Below, one piece after another: positions 1 to 12,023 of a DNA stretch of 64,000 bases (within the stretch, counting starts at the first letter, position 1; the number at the start of each line of letters is the position of its first letter). The DNA comes from Leucoraja ocellata (taxonomy: Eukaryota), in contig JAWMAR010000253.1 in NCBI GenBank assembly GCA_036785375.1, positions 2,356,001-2,420,000 on the forward strand. The letters are read 5' to 3'. The position numbers and the translations under genes were made by a program. The notes under the pieces are model-generated. The model made no database searches. It was given only the letters and a program-made list of their open reading frames with translations, and was not told the DNA's origin.

Positions 1-194
1 CACTTAGGAAACCTGAACGGAAACCTCTGGAGACTTTGCGCCCCACCTAACGTTTCCGCGAGGTTCCCGGATGTTTTTGTCAGTCTCCCTACCTGCTTCC
101 ACTACCTGCAACCACCTGCAACCTCCAGAAACCTTGGCTGGGGCGCAAAGGCTCCAAAGGTCTCCGTTCAGGCTTCCTAAGTGGGACAGGGGCA
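1..194. mobile_element. PIF/Harbinger-type MITE, left end cut by the window edge
   Basis: Right TIR ...CCTAAGTGGGACAGGGGCA is followed by TTA, and the element is internally palindromic. A left-end fragment (TTA-TGCCCCTGTCCCACTTAGG) recurs at about 3170-3235. Confidence 0.6.
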
Positions 195-340
195 TTACTC
201 CAGCATGGTGTGCCCGTTTAAATAAATCTATTACCTGCTTTCTTTCATCGGAAGGATTTGGAGATTTGTATAGGAACGAAAAAAATAGCCCCTATTTTAT
301 TTGAGAAATGTGCTTAGTGTGAAAATATGAAGCCACAAAC

Positions 341-630
341 CTTCATGGGCAGGACAGAGCTGTGTTAGATCCACGCTCCGTGTCTCCACACTAACAGGGT
401 TCCTCACGGTGCAGTTGTACACGCTGTTGTTGTTGGGTAGAGGTATGGAGAGTGCCAGCCTTCTCCCTTCGTCAGTCAGTATGTGCGACCCATCTGCCGT
501 GACCTTGTCATCTCCAGACCACCAAGTGTAGACTACTCGGTGCCGTGCTCCAGTGAACACACCAAGCTAACGTTACACACCCCTTCGGTGAAGGCTTCAC
601 TGATATTTATTATAGGTAATGACACGCGTT
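341..630 (-). pseudogene. CD2/SLAM-family IgC2 exon, paralog A, with a 1-nt frameshift
   Basis: Near-identical to exon 24578-24865 with the same AG/GT boundaries. Length is 290 nt (not 3n) because of a 1-nt deletion near 536. Confidence 0.85.
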
Positions 631-679
631 CTGTTTCAAAGAAAAGCAGATTTTTTTAAAAGCACAGTATTAAAAAAAA

Positions 680-970
680 CATCGGTAGACTTGCTGCCTT
701 GCAGCGACAGAGACCCTGATACGATCTTGACTACGGGTGCTGTCTGTACGGATCTTATGTCTTCTCCCAGTGACCGCGTAGGGTTTCTCCGGGTGCACCG
801 GTTTTCTCCCACTCTCCAAAATCGTACAGGTTTGTAGGTTATTTAGCTTGGTATAATAGTAAAGTGTCCTATTGTGTGTAGGGCATTGTCAGTGCGCGGG
901 GATCGCTGGTCCGTGAGGACTCGGTGGGCCCAAGGGCCTGTTTCCCGGCTGTATCTCTAAACTAAACTAA
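680..970 (+). mobile_element. tRNA-derived V-SINE-like SINE (representative copy)
   Basis: tRNA-like head, conserved GGGTGCTGTCTGTACGGAG body and (AAACT)n tail. Other copies lie at about 3478-3740, 5050-5340, 5975-6410, 29660-29960(-), 36113-36375(-), 38340-38615(-), 47350-47650(-) and 50250-50520(-). Confidence 0.75.
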
Positions 971-971
971 G

Positions 972-1171
972 NNNNNNNNNNNNNNNNNNNNNNNNNNNNN
1001 NNNNNNNNNNNNNNNNNNNNNNNNNNNNNNNNNNNNNNNNNNNNNNNNNNNNNNNNNNNNNNNNNNNNNNNNNNNNNNNNNNNNNNNNNNNNNNNNNNNN
1101 NNNNNNNNNNNNNNNNNNNNNNNNNNNNNNNNNNNNNNNNNNNNNNNNNNNNNNNNNNNNNNNNNNNNNNN
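972..1171. other. Assembly gap (200 N)
   Basis: Run of N. Confidence 1.
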
Positions 1172-1599
1172 GTTTCCACTAGCGGAGGTGTCTAGGACTA
1201 GAGATCATATCCTCAGAATTAAAGGACGATCTTTTAGGAAGGAGATGAGGTGGAATATATTTTGTCAGAGGGTGGTGAGTCTGTGGAATTCATTTCCATA
1301 GATGGCTGTGGAGGACGTCAATTGATATTATTATGGCAGAGGGAGATAGATTCTTGACTATTACGGGTGTCAGGGGTTAAGGGGAGCGGGTAGGGGAATT
1401 TGGTTAAGAGTGAGATATAGATCAGCCATGATTCAATGGCGAAGTAGACTTGATGGGCCAAATGACCTAATTCTACTCCTATCACCTATGACCTTATGGG
1501 AGGCCAAAGATGACGGTTTCTGTGGGGATTATAGGGCTGTTTGAAACAATAGGCAGACAGGGGCTAGATTGTGAGGGGACATTAAAGTGATTTAAAAAT

Positions 1600-1980
1600 C
1601 TAAAATTCTTAAGGGGTTGGACAGGCTAGATGCAGGAAGATTGTTCCCGATGTTGGGGAAGTCAAGAACAAGGGGTCACTGTTTAAGGATAAGGGGGAAA
1701 TCTTTTAGGACCGAGATGAGAAAAACATTTTTCACGGAGAGAGTGGTGAATCTCTGGAATTCTCTGCCACAGAAGGTAGTTAAGGCCAGTTCATTGGCTA
1801 TATTTAAGAGGGGGTTAGATGTGGCCCTTGTGGCTAAAGGGATCAGGGGGTATGGAGAGAAGGCAGGTACAGGATACTGAGTTGGATGATCAGCCATGAT
1901 CATATTGAATGGCGGTGCAGGCTCGAAGGGCCGAATGGCCTACTCCTGCACCCATTTTCTACGTTTCTTTGTTTCTATGT
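1600..1980 (+). mobile_element. CR1 LINE 3' fragment, (TTTCTATG)n-tail subfamily
   Basis: ORF2 C-terminus RTRGH...FFTERVVNLWNSLP plus 3' UTR and octamer tail. Confidence 0.9.
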
Positions 1981-2062
1981 AAACGACACCAAAGAAACGT
2001 TGTCCCATTAGCGAGGCGAGCTGCAGATAGTTTAACTCGTGTGGTTTGGACCCTGGCTGCAG

Positions 2063-2125
2063 ATGCTTTCGTATTCGATCGCCCACTGCGGTCCCAGACC
2101 ACACGTAGCGTGGACAAAAATACGT
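2063..2125 (+). CDS. Candidate 63-nt cytoplasmic exon of a plus-strand SLAM-like paralog (DAFVFDRPLRSQTTRSVDKNT)
   Basis: CAG acceptor, GTGAGT donor, symmetric phase 1-1, open frame. Homologous to 21913-21982. Confidence 0.45.
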
Positions 2126-2401
2126 GTGAGTGATCAGATAAACAGGTGGGACTGGAACAAGATGCAGCAGAGAAGGCAGTCAGTGCTGAAAGGTACTAAC
2201 CGCATCGTATTTAAGTTGATAACCCCCCAGTAACATCCTGTGGCAACACTATTCTTCCTTTTTTCTGTCTGTAATTCTCTAAAGGGAAATGTCGTGGCGG
2301 TGACTGATAAGGCATAATCAGAAAAGGACACAAAGTGCTGGTGTAAACACAGCGGGTCTGGCAGCATCTCTGGAGAGCACGGAAAGGCGACACAGCTTCG
2401 A

Positions 2402-2880
2402 GTCACAGCTCCATCCTAGACCGCAAGAAATTGCTGCGAATTGTGGACGCAGCCCAGACCATCGCACAAACCAACCTCCCTTCCATTGATTCCGTCTACA
2501 CCTCACGCTGCGTCGGCAAGGCCAGCAGCACAATCAAAGACGAGTTACATCCTGTCCACTCTCTCTTCACCCCTCACCAACTAGGCAAAAGGTACAGAAG
2601 TGTGAAAACGCACACCTCCAGATTCAGGGACAGTTTCTTCCCAGCTGTTATCAGGCAACTGAATCACCCTATCACAACCAGAGAGCAGTGCAGAACTACT
2701 ATCTTCCTCATCGGTGACCCTCGGTCTATCCTTGATCGGACTCTGCTGGTATTACCTGGCGCTGAATGTTATTTCCTTGTCACTCGATTGTAATCATGTA
2801 TTGTCTTTCCGCTGACTGGTTAGCACGCAACAACAGCTTTTCACTGTACCTCGGTGCAGGTGACAATAAACAAATCTGTA
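2402..2880 (+). mobile_element. Rex1/Babar-type LINE 3' fragment (paralogous copy at about 21150-21630, minus)
   Basis: Peptide LPSIDSVYTSRC...GKRYRS...RFRDSFFPAVIRQLN plus a 3' UTR with AATAAA. Confidence 0.75.
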
Positions 2881-3699
2881 AACCAAACTGTACTATACTT
2901 GGCCGAGACACATCTTCAAACTGATTTGGTGGAGGTGGTGGGAGAAGAGGGATGGAAAAGGGGGAGAGGCACGACAAAGCGTGGCAGATAATAGTGAGAC
3001 ACAGGTGAGTGGGTAGTGTTACACAGCCGCAGAGACCTGGGTTCGATCCTGACCTCGGCTGCTGTCTATGTGGAGTTTACCCGTTTTCCCTGTGATTGCG
3101 TGGATTTTCTCTGGGTGCTCCGGTTTCCCGCACTCCATCGTTCCAAAGACGTCCGCGTTTGGAGATTTATGCCCCTGTCCCACTTAGGAAACCTGAACGG
3201 AAACCTCTGGAGACTTTGCGCCCCACCCAAGGAAACGTCGCCCCTTCCTTCTCTCCAGATATACCGCCGCTCCTACTCCAGCAATGTGTGTCCATCTTCC
3301 GGTCCGTACAGTCTGAAGCCTCTCCCCCGCTTGATTCAACCAATCTCCTTCCCGCTGCTTTATCACCACCCCCCCCCCCCCCCCCCCCTCCACTCCCTGA
3401 ATTCCTCAACGCAGTCCCGAAACGTGGCCGTTCACCTTCACAGATGCTGCTTGATCACTTGGTCGCTGAGTTCTGAGGGCGACACAGTGGCGCAGCGGTA
3501 GAGTTGCTGACTCACAGCGCCAGAGACCAGGGTTCGATCCCTGACCACGGGTGCTGTCTGTATGGAGCCTGTACATTTTCCCCGTGAGATATCTCCGAGT
3601 TCTTCAGCTAACTTCCACATACAGGTTTGTATGTGGAAATTGCCCCTAGTATGTATAGGATAGTGTCAATATGCGGGTCGGTGCGGCCTGTTGGGGACG

Positions 3700-5400
3700 A
3701 AATGCCTGTTTCCGTGCTGTATATCTAACCTAAACTAAACAGGGCAGTTTATATATTAGTGGCTTGTTTTGTTCGACGCACATTGATGTTGGCGAATATC
3801 GTGACAGATACTAATACCACTGGTTAAGCCGCTATTGAACGCAGATGTACATATATATTTCTTATAAAGAATATTTTGTACATATTTCTTCTACTTTTCA
3901 TAAATATATTGCGGGTTTTTTACACGGATAATCCTAGAAAACTGTTAAACTTTTTAAAGGTCTAGCCAGCTAATTTAATTAACACGTTGCATTTGTTAAA
4001 CGATGATTCTTTTGTAATATTGAAAGTCTGAAAACATGTAACAGTCTCGTTTTTAAATTTCAGATTGCTGACATACAAAAAAACAATGATTAATTTTTGC
4101 ATTTTATGTATTAAACAAGCCTTCCTGATCGCTAGAACAAAGTTATTTAAATTTAAGGGTGGTGCAGTGGTAGAGCCGCTACCTCAGGGCATCAGAGAAC
4201 GGAGTTCGATTCTGACCTCGGGTACTTTCTCGGTGGAGTTTGCAAGTTAGTGGGTGGGTTTCCTCCAGGTGCCCCATGTTACACCATTGTAGGTTAATTG
4301 CCCCCCAGTAAATTGTCCTTACTGTGTAGGGGTGGGTGGGGAAGTCGGATAACACAGAACTAGCATTTGAAGGCACTGGGCCTGTACTTGCTGGAGTTTG
4401 GAAGGATGAGGGGGCGACCTCATCGAGACTTACCGAACAGTGAAAGGCCTGGATAGAGTGGATGTGGAGAGGATGTTTCCCCTGGTGGAAGAGTCTAGGA
4501 CCAGAGGTCACAGCCTCAGAATACAAGTTCGTTCATTTAGAAAGGAGATGAGAAGAGATTTATTTAGTCTGAGATGGCTGTGGAGGCCGTTTTAAGGTGG
4601 AGATTCGTTGATTCTTGGTTATGGGACGAAGGCAGGAAAATGCTGTTGAGCGGGAAATATTTATCATGGCGAGGTAGACTTGATGGGCCTAATGGCATAA
4701 TTCTGCTTGTAGAATGTATGGATTTATGGACTAGCGTGAACGGGTGATCGATGATAGACGTGGTTACGTTGGGTCGAAGGACTTATTTTCTGTAAATTAA
4801 ACCAAACAAATACGTTGACCCAGTTCCTGTCTCTACTGCGACGGTTGTGGTTATGGCTATTATTAAAACCATTTGCTGATTCTCCAAGTTCTGAATTTGA
4901 GTTTAAATTCTACAGCCACTGTAGCGAGCATTGAACTTACACCGCCAATCATTGGACTATGAACTTGATCGGCTCCATTCCCAGATTCCCATCAGGCTAT
5001 GAAACACTTCAACAACCTCCAAATAAGCTCTGAACTACATAGACATGGAACGCTAGAGACCCGGGTTCGATTCTGGACTACGGGTGCTGTCTTTACGGAG
5101 TTTGTAAGTCCCCCCCCCCCCCCCCCCCCCCCCGTGCCCTGCGTGGGCTTTCCCCGGGCGCCCCGGTTCCCTCCCACATTCCAAAGACATACAGATTTGT
5201 AGGTTAATTTGCTTCGGTAAAATTGTAAATTATCCCTCGTGTGTGTAGGATAGTGTTAGTGTGCGGGGATCGCTGGTCGGCGCGGACTCGGTGGGCCGAG
5301 GGCCTGTTTCCGCGCTGTATCTCCAAACTAAACTAAACTATTATTGTTATTATTGTATTATTATTATTTGTTTCTATGTACATGTCTCTCTGTGTGTCTG
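3700..5400 (+). repeat. Segmental duplication, inverted copy of the region upstream of the SLAM-like gene (about 29600-30640 and 36015-36150)
   Basis: Unique blocks 4801-4990 and 3783-3823 match the reverse complement of about 30028-30220 and 36025-36067. Confidence 0.8.
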
Positions 5401-6179
5401 TTGTCACATCCTGACCTTAGACAGGGCTGCCAACTCTCACGCTTTGAACGTGAGAGTCACGCATTTCTCACGCTGATTACAGAATTCTCATGCTGTCTTC
5501 AGTCCCTGCACAGTTCGTCTCTTTTGCGTCACATCAGAGCGATCTGTGCGGTCCGGGGAAGCGCGTCAGTTGGCGACTGTGGGTGACGTCGCATCTCGTC
5601 TCTTTTCTTCTCTTCTCTTCCTACCGAACCCGAAAACCACCTGTTTTTTTCAATTAGTTTTCGCGGGGTCGGGGCAGGCGAGCCGACCTGAGAACTGCAG
5701 TCAGTCCCTGGGACGCGAGCTGATCTTGGAACGACAGGCAGTCCCTGGGCACGCAGAATGCCAACTAGATCATTATGGACAAATTGGGCCAGTCACGTAC
5801 ATCTTGTATAACTCTGACTCTATGCAGATCTGAATGGGCTTAGAATGACCATTAAGCAAAATGTCTCTCCCTTCCCCATCTCTCCCTCCCCCTCTCTCAT
5901 GGCGGTGTAGGCACGAAGGGCCGAATGGCCTCTACTCCTGCACCTATTTTATGTGTTTCTAATATTGGTAATGGAAGGCACGATGGCACAGTGGTGGAGT
6001 TGCTGCCTGACAGCATCAGAGACCCGGTTTCGATCCTGAATACGGGTGGTGTCTGGACGGAGTTTGTACGTTCTCTCCGTGACCTGCGTGTGTTTTCTCC
6101 CACACCCTGGTTTCCTCCCACACTCCAAAGACGTGCAGGTATGTCCCCGCCCCCCGCCCCCCCCCCCCCCCCCCCATCA

Positions 6180-6270
6180 GTCTGAAGAAGGGTTTCGGCC
6201 CGAAACGTTGCCTATTTCCTTCGCTCCATAGATGCTGCTGCACCCGCTGAGTTTCTCCAGCATATATGTG
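6180..6270 (+). ncRNA. Short Penelope-derived element carrying a minimal hammerhead ribozyme motif (representative copy)
   Basis: CTGAAGA-AGGG-TTTCGG-CCC-GAAAC matches CUGANGA, helix II, GAAA. Many related copies occur in the window. Confidence 0.65.
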
Positions 6271-6465
6271 TGCCAGGTATGTAGATTAATTGGCTGGGTA
6301 AAGTTGTAAATTGGCCCTAGTGCGTGTAGGATAGTGTTATTGTGCGGGGGTCGCTGGTCAGTACGGACTCGGTGGGCCGAAGGGCCTGTTTCCGCGCTGT
6401 ATCTTTAAACTAGAATGGTGTTACAATAGAAATGATATTGCCTTTGTTCATCTTTCTGTTCTCAG

Positions 6466-6539
6466 CCAGACCACAAGGTGGAGCATCAGCCAGCCGAGCA
6501 GTAACTGCAGAACATGGAACTAGAGAGGGCAGATTGAAG
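6466..6539 (+). CDS. Candidate 74-nt exon, phase 1-0 (RPQGGASASRAVTAEHGTREGRLK)
   Basis: Strong polypyrimidine tract with CAG acceptor, AAG|GTGGGC donor, unique sequence between repeats. No recognisable homology. Confidence 0.3.
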
Positions 6540-6559
6540 GTGGGCAGGCGGGCCTGTTT

Positions 6560-8530
6560 ACCAGAGGAGGTTCACGAGAATGTTCCCAGGACTGACTGGA
6601 TTAATCTACAATGAGCATCTGTTGGCTATGGGCCTGGACCCACTGGAATTCAGAACAATGAAGGGGGATCTAATTGATACTGAACAAACAGTGAAAGACC
6701 TGGAAATCGTGGATTTGGAGAGGATGTTTCCACTAGAGTCTTGGACCAGAGGGCACAGCTTCAGAATAAAAGGATGTATCTTTAGAAATGAGATGAAGGG
6801 GAATTTATTCAGCCAGAGGGTGGTGAGTCGGTGGAATTTATTGCCACAGATAAATCTGGAGGGCGTCTTTGGGTATTTTTAAAGCAGATATTGATAGGTT
6901 TGTGATGAGTAAGGGTATCAAAGATTACGGGGAGAAGGCAGGAGAATGGGGTTGAGAAGGAAATATGGATCAGCTGGTGATTGAATGGAGGAGCAGACTG
7001 AAATGCTGAGGCTCTATAAGGTGCTGGTCAAGCAGCATTTGGGAATATTGTGAGCAATTTTGGGCACCGTATCTGAGGAGGAAAGTGTTGGCCCTGTAGA
7101 GGGTGCAGAGGAGGTTTACAAGAATGATCCCAGGAATGAGTGGGTTAACCTATGATGAGTGTTTGACAGCACTGGGCCTGTATTCGCTGGAATTCAGAAG
7201 AATGAGGGGGGGGGGGGGGGGGGGGGGGGGGCTTCAAAGAAACGTACGGAATAGTGAAAGGCCTGGATAGATTGGATGCGGTGAGGATGTTTTCACCAGT
7301 GGGAGAGCCTAGGACTAGATGGCGCAGCTTCAGAATAAAACAACATACCTTTAGACAGGAGATGATGAGGAATTTATTTCACCAGAGGGTGGTGAGTCTG
7401 CAGAAGTCATTGCCACAGAAGGCTGCAGAAACTGTCAATAGATATTTTTAATGTGGAGTTTGGTCGGTTCTTGATTAGTATAGGTGTCCGAGGTTATGGG
7501 GAGAAGGCAAGAGAATGGGATTGAGAGGTAAGGAATATCAACAATGCTTGAATGGCGGAGTAGACTTGAAAGGCAAAATGGCACAATTCTGCTCCAACAA
7601 CTTGTGAATTTATGTAAGGAGATGCGAAGGCATTTCATTAACCACAAGCTGTTAAATCTGTGGAATTCATTGCCACTCATCACCTTAATTTCATGTTTCA
7701 TGTATTTTGTGTTTTATGACTGTGTATCCGATCTAGTTCGCTCCTCGGGTAAATAAAGTTATATCGTATTGTGTCTATTGAATGTAGGAGCAGACTCGAT
7801 GGGTCAATAGACAATAGACAATAGATGTAGGGGCATGCCATTTGGCCCTTCGAGCCAGCACCACCATTCAATGTGATCATGGCTGATCATCCACAATCAG
7901 TACCCCGATCCTGCCTACTCTCCATTATCCCTTGACTCCGCTATCTTTAAGTGATCTATCTAACTCTCTCTTGAAAGCTTGAACTCTCTTGAACTCTCTC
8001 CTAAGAATCGGCCTCCACTGCCTTCTGAGGCAAAGAATTCCACAGATTCACAACTCTCTGAGTGAAAAATTTTTTCTTCATCTCCGTTTTAAATGGCCTA
8101 CCCCTTATACTTAAACTGTGGCCCCTGGTTCTGGACTCACCCAACATCGGGAACATGCTTCCTGCCTCTAGCGTGTCCAATCCCTTAATAATCTTAGATG
8201 TTTCAATAAGATATCCACTCATCCTTCTAAATTCCAGTGCATAAAAGCCCAGTCGCTCCATTGTTTCAACATATGGTAGTCTTGACTTCATGGGAATTTA
8301 CCTGGGGAACCTACGCTGCAGTCCCTCAATAGCAAGAATGTCCTTCCTTAAATTTGGAGACCAAAACTGTACACAATATTCGAGGTGTGGTCTCACCAGG
8401 TCCCTGTACAACTGCAGAAGGACTTCTGTATTCCTCTACTTAACTCCTCTTGTTATGAAGGCCAACATGCCATTAGCTTTCTTCAACTGCCTGCTGTATC
8501 TGCGTGCTTATGTTCTGATGTTCATGTACA
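6560..8530. mobile_element. Cluster of degraded CR1 fragments (plus 6560-7690; minus about 7808-8530)
   Basis: Repeated CR1 ORF2 C-terminal peptides (LEFRRM, RTRGH, QRVVNLWNSLP). Confidence 0.8.
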
Positions 8531-8541
8531 TCCAGATCTCG

Positions 8542-9950
8542 TTCAGGGCACCATAATGTTTGGGGCACAGCAATGTAATGTAAATTTTGTTGCATATCCT
8601 TTGCATGCAATGACTGCTTGAAGTCTGCAATTCCTGGACATCACTAGTTGCTGGGTGTCTTCTCTGGTGATGCTCTGCCAGGCCTGTATTACAGCCATCT
8701 TTAGCTTATGCTTGTTTTGGGGGCTAGACCCCTTCAGTTTTCTCTTCAGCATATAAAAGGCATCCTCAATTGGGTTCAGATCGGGTGATTGACTTGGCCA
8801 CTCAAGAATTTACCGTATTTTAGCTTTGAAAAACTCATTTGTTGCTTTAGCAGTATGTCTGTAGAATGAACCGCCGGCCAATGAGTTTTGAGGCATTCTT
8901 TGAACTTGAGCAGATGGATGTGTCAATACACTTCAGAATTCATTATGCAACTACCATCAGCAGTTGTATCATCATTGAAGATAAGTGAGCCAGTACCTTC
9001 AGCTGCCATACATGCCCAGGCCATAACACCCCCACCACCGTGTTTCACAGATGAGGTGGTATGCTTTGGATCTTGGGCAGTTCCTTCTCTCCTCCATACT
9101 TTGCTCTTCCCATCACTCTGATAGAAGTTAATCTTTGTCTCATCTGTCCACAAGACCTTTTTCCAGAACTGTGGTTGCTCTTTTAAGTACTTCTTGGCAA
9201 ACTGTAACCTGGCCATTCTATTTTTGCGGCTAACCAGTGGTTTGCATCTTACACTGTAGCCTCTGTATTTCTGTTCATGAAGTCTTCTGCAGACAGTGGT
9301 CATTGACAAATCCACACCTGGTTCCTGAAGAGTGTTTCTGATCTGTCGGACAGGTGTTTGGGATTTTTTTAAATTATAGAGAGAATTCTTCTGTCATCAG
9401 CTGTGGAGATCTTCCTTGGCCTGCCAGTCCCTTTGTGATTAGTAAGCTGACCAGTGCTCTCTTTCTTCTTAATGATGCTCCAAACAGTTGATTTTGGTAA
9501 GCCTAAGGGTTGGCTGATGTCTCTAACAGTTTTATTCTTGTTTCTCAGTCTCATAATGACTACTTTGACTTTCATTGGCACAACTCTGGTCCTCATGTTG
9601 ATAAACAGCATAAAAGTTTCCAAAGGTGATTGAAAACTGGAGGAAAGACTAGGTGCTGAGAACTCTCTTATACCTGCATGAAGGTGGCATTTAAACACAC
9701 CTGAGCAATTACTAACACCTGTGAAGCCATGTGTCCCAAACATTATGGTGCCATGAAATGGGGGACTATGTATAAACGCAGCTGTAATTTCTATATGGTG
9801 AAACCAAAATGTATAAAAATACCCTTCAATAAACTGATAATGTGCACTTTAACCACATGTGATTTTTTCTATTACAAATCTCAAATTGTGGAGTACAGAG
9901 TCAAATAAATAAATGATGGGTCTTTGTCCCAAACATTATGAAGGGCATTG
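8542..9950 (-). mobile_element. Tc1/mariner IR/DR-type transposon, defective
   Basis: Transposase pieces (HTH, GRPRK, WTDETK, KHGGG, PDLNPIE). Direct repeats CCATAATGTTTGGGAC lie at about 9925-9950, 9733-9755 and 8542-8570, and TA follows 9950. The outer part of the other IR is missing. Confidence 0.92.
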
Positions 9951-10260
9951 TATATTGTAAATAGCTGCTAATGTTACCCTTAATCCCCTCATCTAAATCA
10001 TGAATGTATATTGTAAAAAAGGTTGATAGACTACGTATTTACTTTAAATAAAGAGCTTTCCTAGCCTTTTTTTGTGAAAATTTTCAACACAGCATGAAAA
10101 TGTATCGTTCTGGCAATGTTTTGATTCAAACTTAGCCCGGCCAAAATCCACAAGATGTTCCTGAGACATTGTAGACCTTAAATACTTCTTAATCAGCTTG
10201 AGTTTGCTAAATGACTTCTCTGCAGATGCTCTGTCACTGGAATGTTAATCGTATTCTTAA

Positions 10261-10490
10261 GGGCCTGTCCCACTCGGGCGTTATTTGCGCATCATTTACG
10301 AGTCACGACGCACATGGCGCGACATCATTTGTGCATCGTGACGCGCGCATGCCGTGCATTACGCGAGCATAGCGCGTGCTGAGACGTAGTGGCGTAGGCA
10401 ATGACGTGCGGTTGCGCGCGGCGCCCAGGATTTCGGGATTCACAAAATCTTCGCGTGCCACCTGTGTGACCCGCAAGTGGAACAGGTAGC
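10261..10490. mobile_element. Harbinger-type MITE inserted in the hAT
   Basis: TAA-GGGCCTGTCCCACT ... AGTGGAACAGG imperfect TIRs around a CpG-rich palindromic interior. Confidence 0.6.
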
Positions 10491-10861
10491 ACGTTTAAGC
10501 TAACACAAACATTTGGAAACAGGTACACAAAGTCTGTACTCTGTTAACAGGTTCAACAGATCCAATGGCTTTAACTGCGCATTGACAACATTTGCTTTAT
10601 GTACTGAGGGTAAATGTTGCATTTCTTTTCCAAAATCATCACGGCTATGTTCAGCAAGATAAAACTGTTCTCTCCACATCACTTTCAGACATGGTGAGAT
10701 ATTTCCACAAGAAATCAAACATTTCTGCCAACAGCTTAACACCATTGAAGTGGACAGTTAATCCTGTTATAACATTGTCTACCAAAATGTAAAACATACA
10801 CTTCCTGAAGTAGGCCTCTTCTGGCCTATCATCTGTGTCATTCATTTCCTCCAAGTTAGCA

Positions 10862-11290
10862 TCAGATATAGATATGCCATTTATTGTCACTATACATGTA
10901 CAGTGAAACTGAAAGCTGCTCGTACTCAGTGCATACATACAATTTTACACAAAAAACAAGAAACAGAAAAACAAAACAGAAGGGAGAGGGGGGGGGGGGG
11001 GAATAGGTGCACAAATTCTACGGCGCTACATACATATATACATATATACAGATGGAAGTCCGTGTTGGGCGGTGTAGTCAGTGCATGTGTGGATTTGAAT
11101 TTATGGTAGATATAATTCTCGGGAAGCAGCTATTCCTGAGTCTGTTTGTCCTGGATTTGATGCACCTATAGCGCCTTCCAGAGGGCAGCAGGTCGAACAG
11201 TCCAAACGCAGGATGGGAGCTGTCTTTGGTGATCTTCTTTGCCCTGCTAAGGCAGCGGGAGGTGTAGATGTCCATCAGGGAGGGGAGGTG
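10862..11290 (-). mobile_element. Rex1-type LINE 3' fragment inserted in the hAT
   Basis: LPSLMDIYTSRC...LPSGRRYR...RLRNSCFP plus 3' UTR. Confidence 0.75.
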
Positions 11291-12023
11291 TGCTTTCATC
11301 ATGTGCGGCCATCATCAGGTGTGCTTTCATCATGCGGCCTTGCCCTCTTGCGCCTAACTCCAACACATCGAAGGGAGAGTTTTATCTCTATCTTTAGGTT
11401 AACTGATTTAGCTTCATTCCACATGGATTCCCAGTTGTTTCGAAGTTTTGTCAGATCTATGAGCAGAGTTTTTATGTTTGCAGCTTCAACATCCAGTGTG
11501 GCGTCTCTAGCTTGGATGACCTTGTTGCGAATATCTATGCCAGGTAATATTTTGTACCACACAGCTGACATTAACACAGGCAAAAAATGTCACATATAAT
11601 AAAATTCCATGGACGTCATTTCTTGTTTTGGCCGTCAAATTTAGTTCTAGGAGGTCTTCCAGTGTTAATTTAATGCCAGGCAAGTGAGCTGCAAAAGGCT
11701 TTACACATATAACACGATCTGAAGAAGGGTTTCGGCCCGAAACTTTGCCTATTTCCTTCGCTCCATAGATGCTGCTGCACCATTTTCTCCAGCATTTTTG
11801 TGTACATACCATTAAGGGACCAAGCCATACGGTTTTGTAGAAATTTCCACCACTTAGTACTGAAACTGAACAGGTGGTACACAGTTTGAATTGTTCTGTA
11901 AAAGGTTATTGCTTCAGGTATGCATTCAGCAGCATAATTTCCACACAAGTTGAGTGTGTGACAACAGCAAGGTGAGAGAATTGCTGTTGAGCATTGTTCT
12001 TGTATTTTTGCTTGTGTGCTGTT

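Larger units (their letters stand above)
1172..3013 (+). repeat. Segmental duplication, inverted copy of about 21022-22855 (3' part of the SLAM-like gene)
   Basis: Colinear reverse-complement match that includes unique sequence (1981-2320 vs 21720-22060) and shared old repeats. Confidence 0.9.

Noticed and set aside
8542-9950. Active Tc1 transposase
   Set aside because: It has frameshifts, a deletion removing the second catalytic Asp (QDN motif, about 8860) and one truncated IR.
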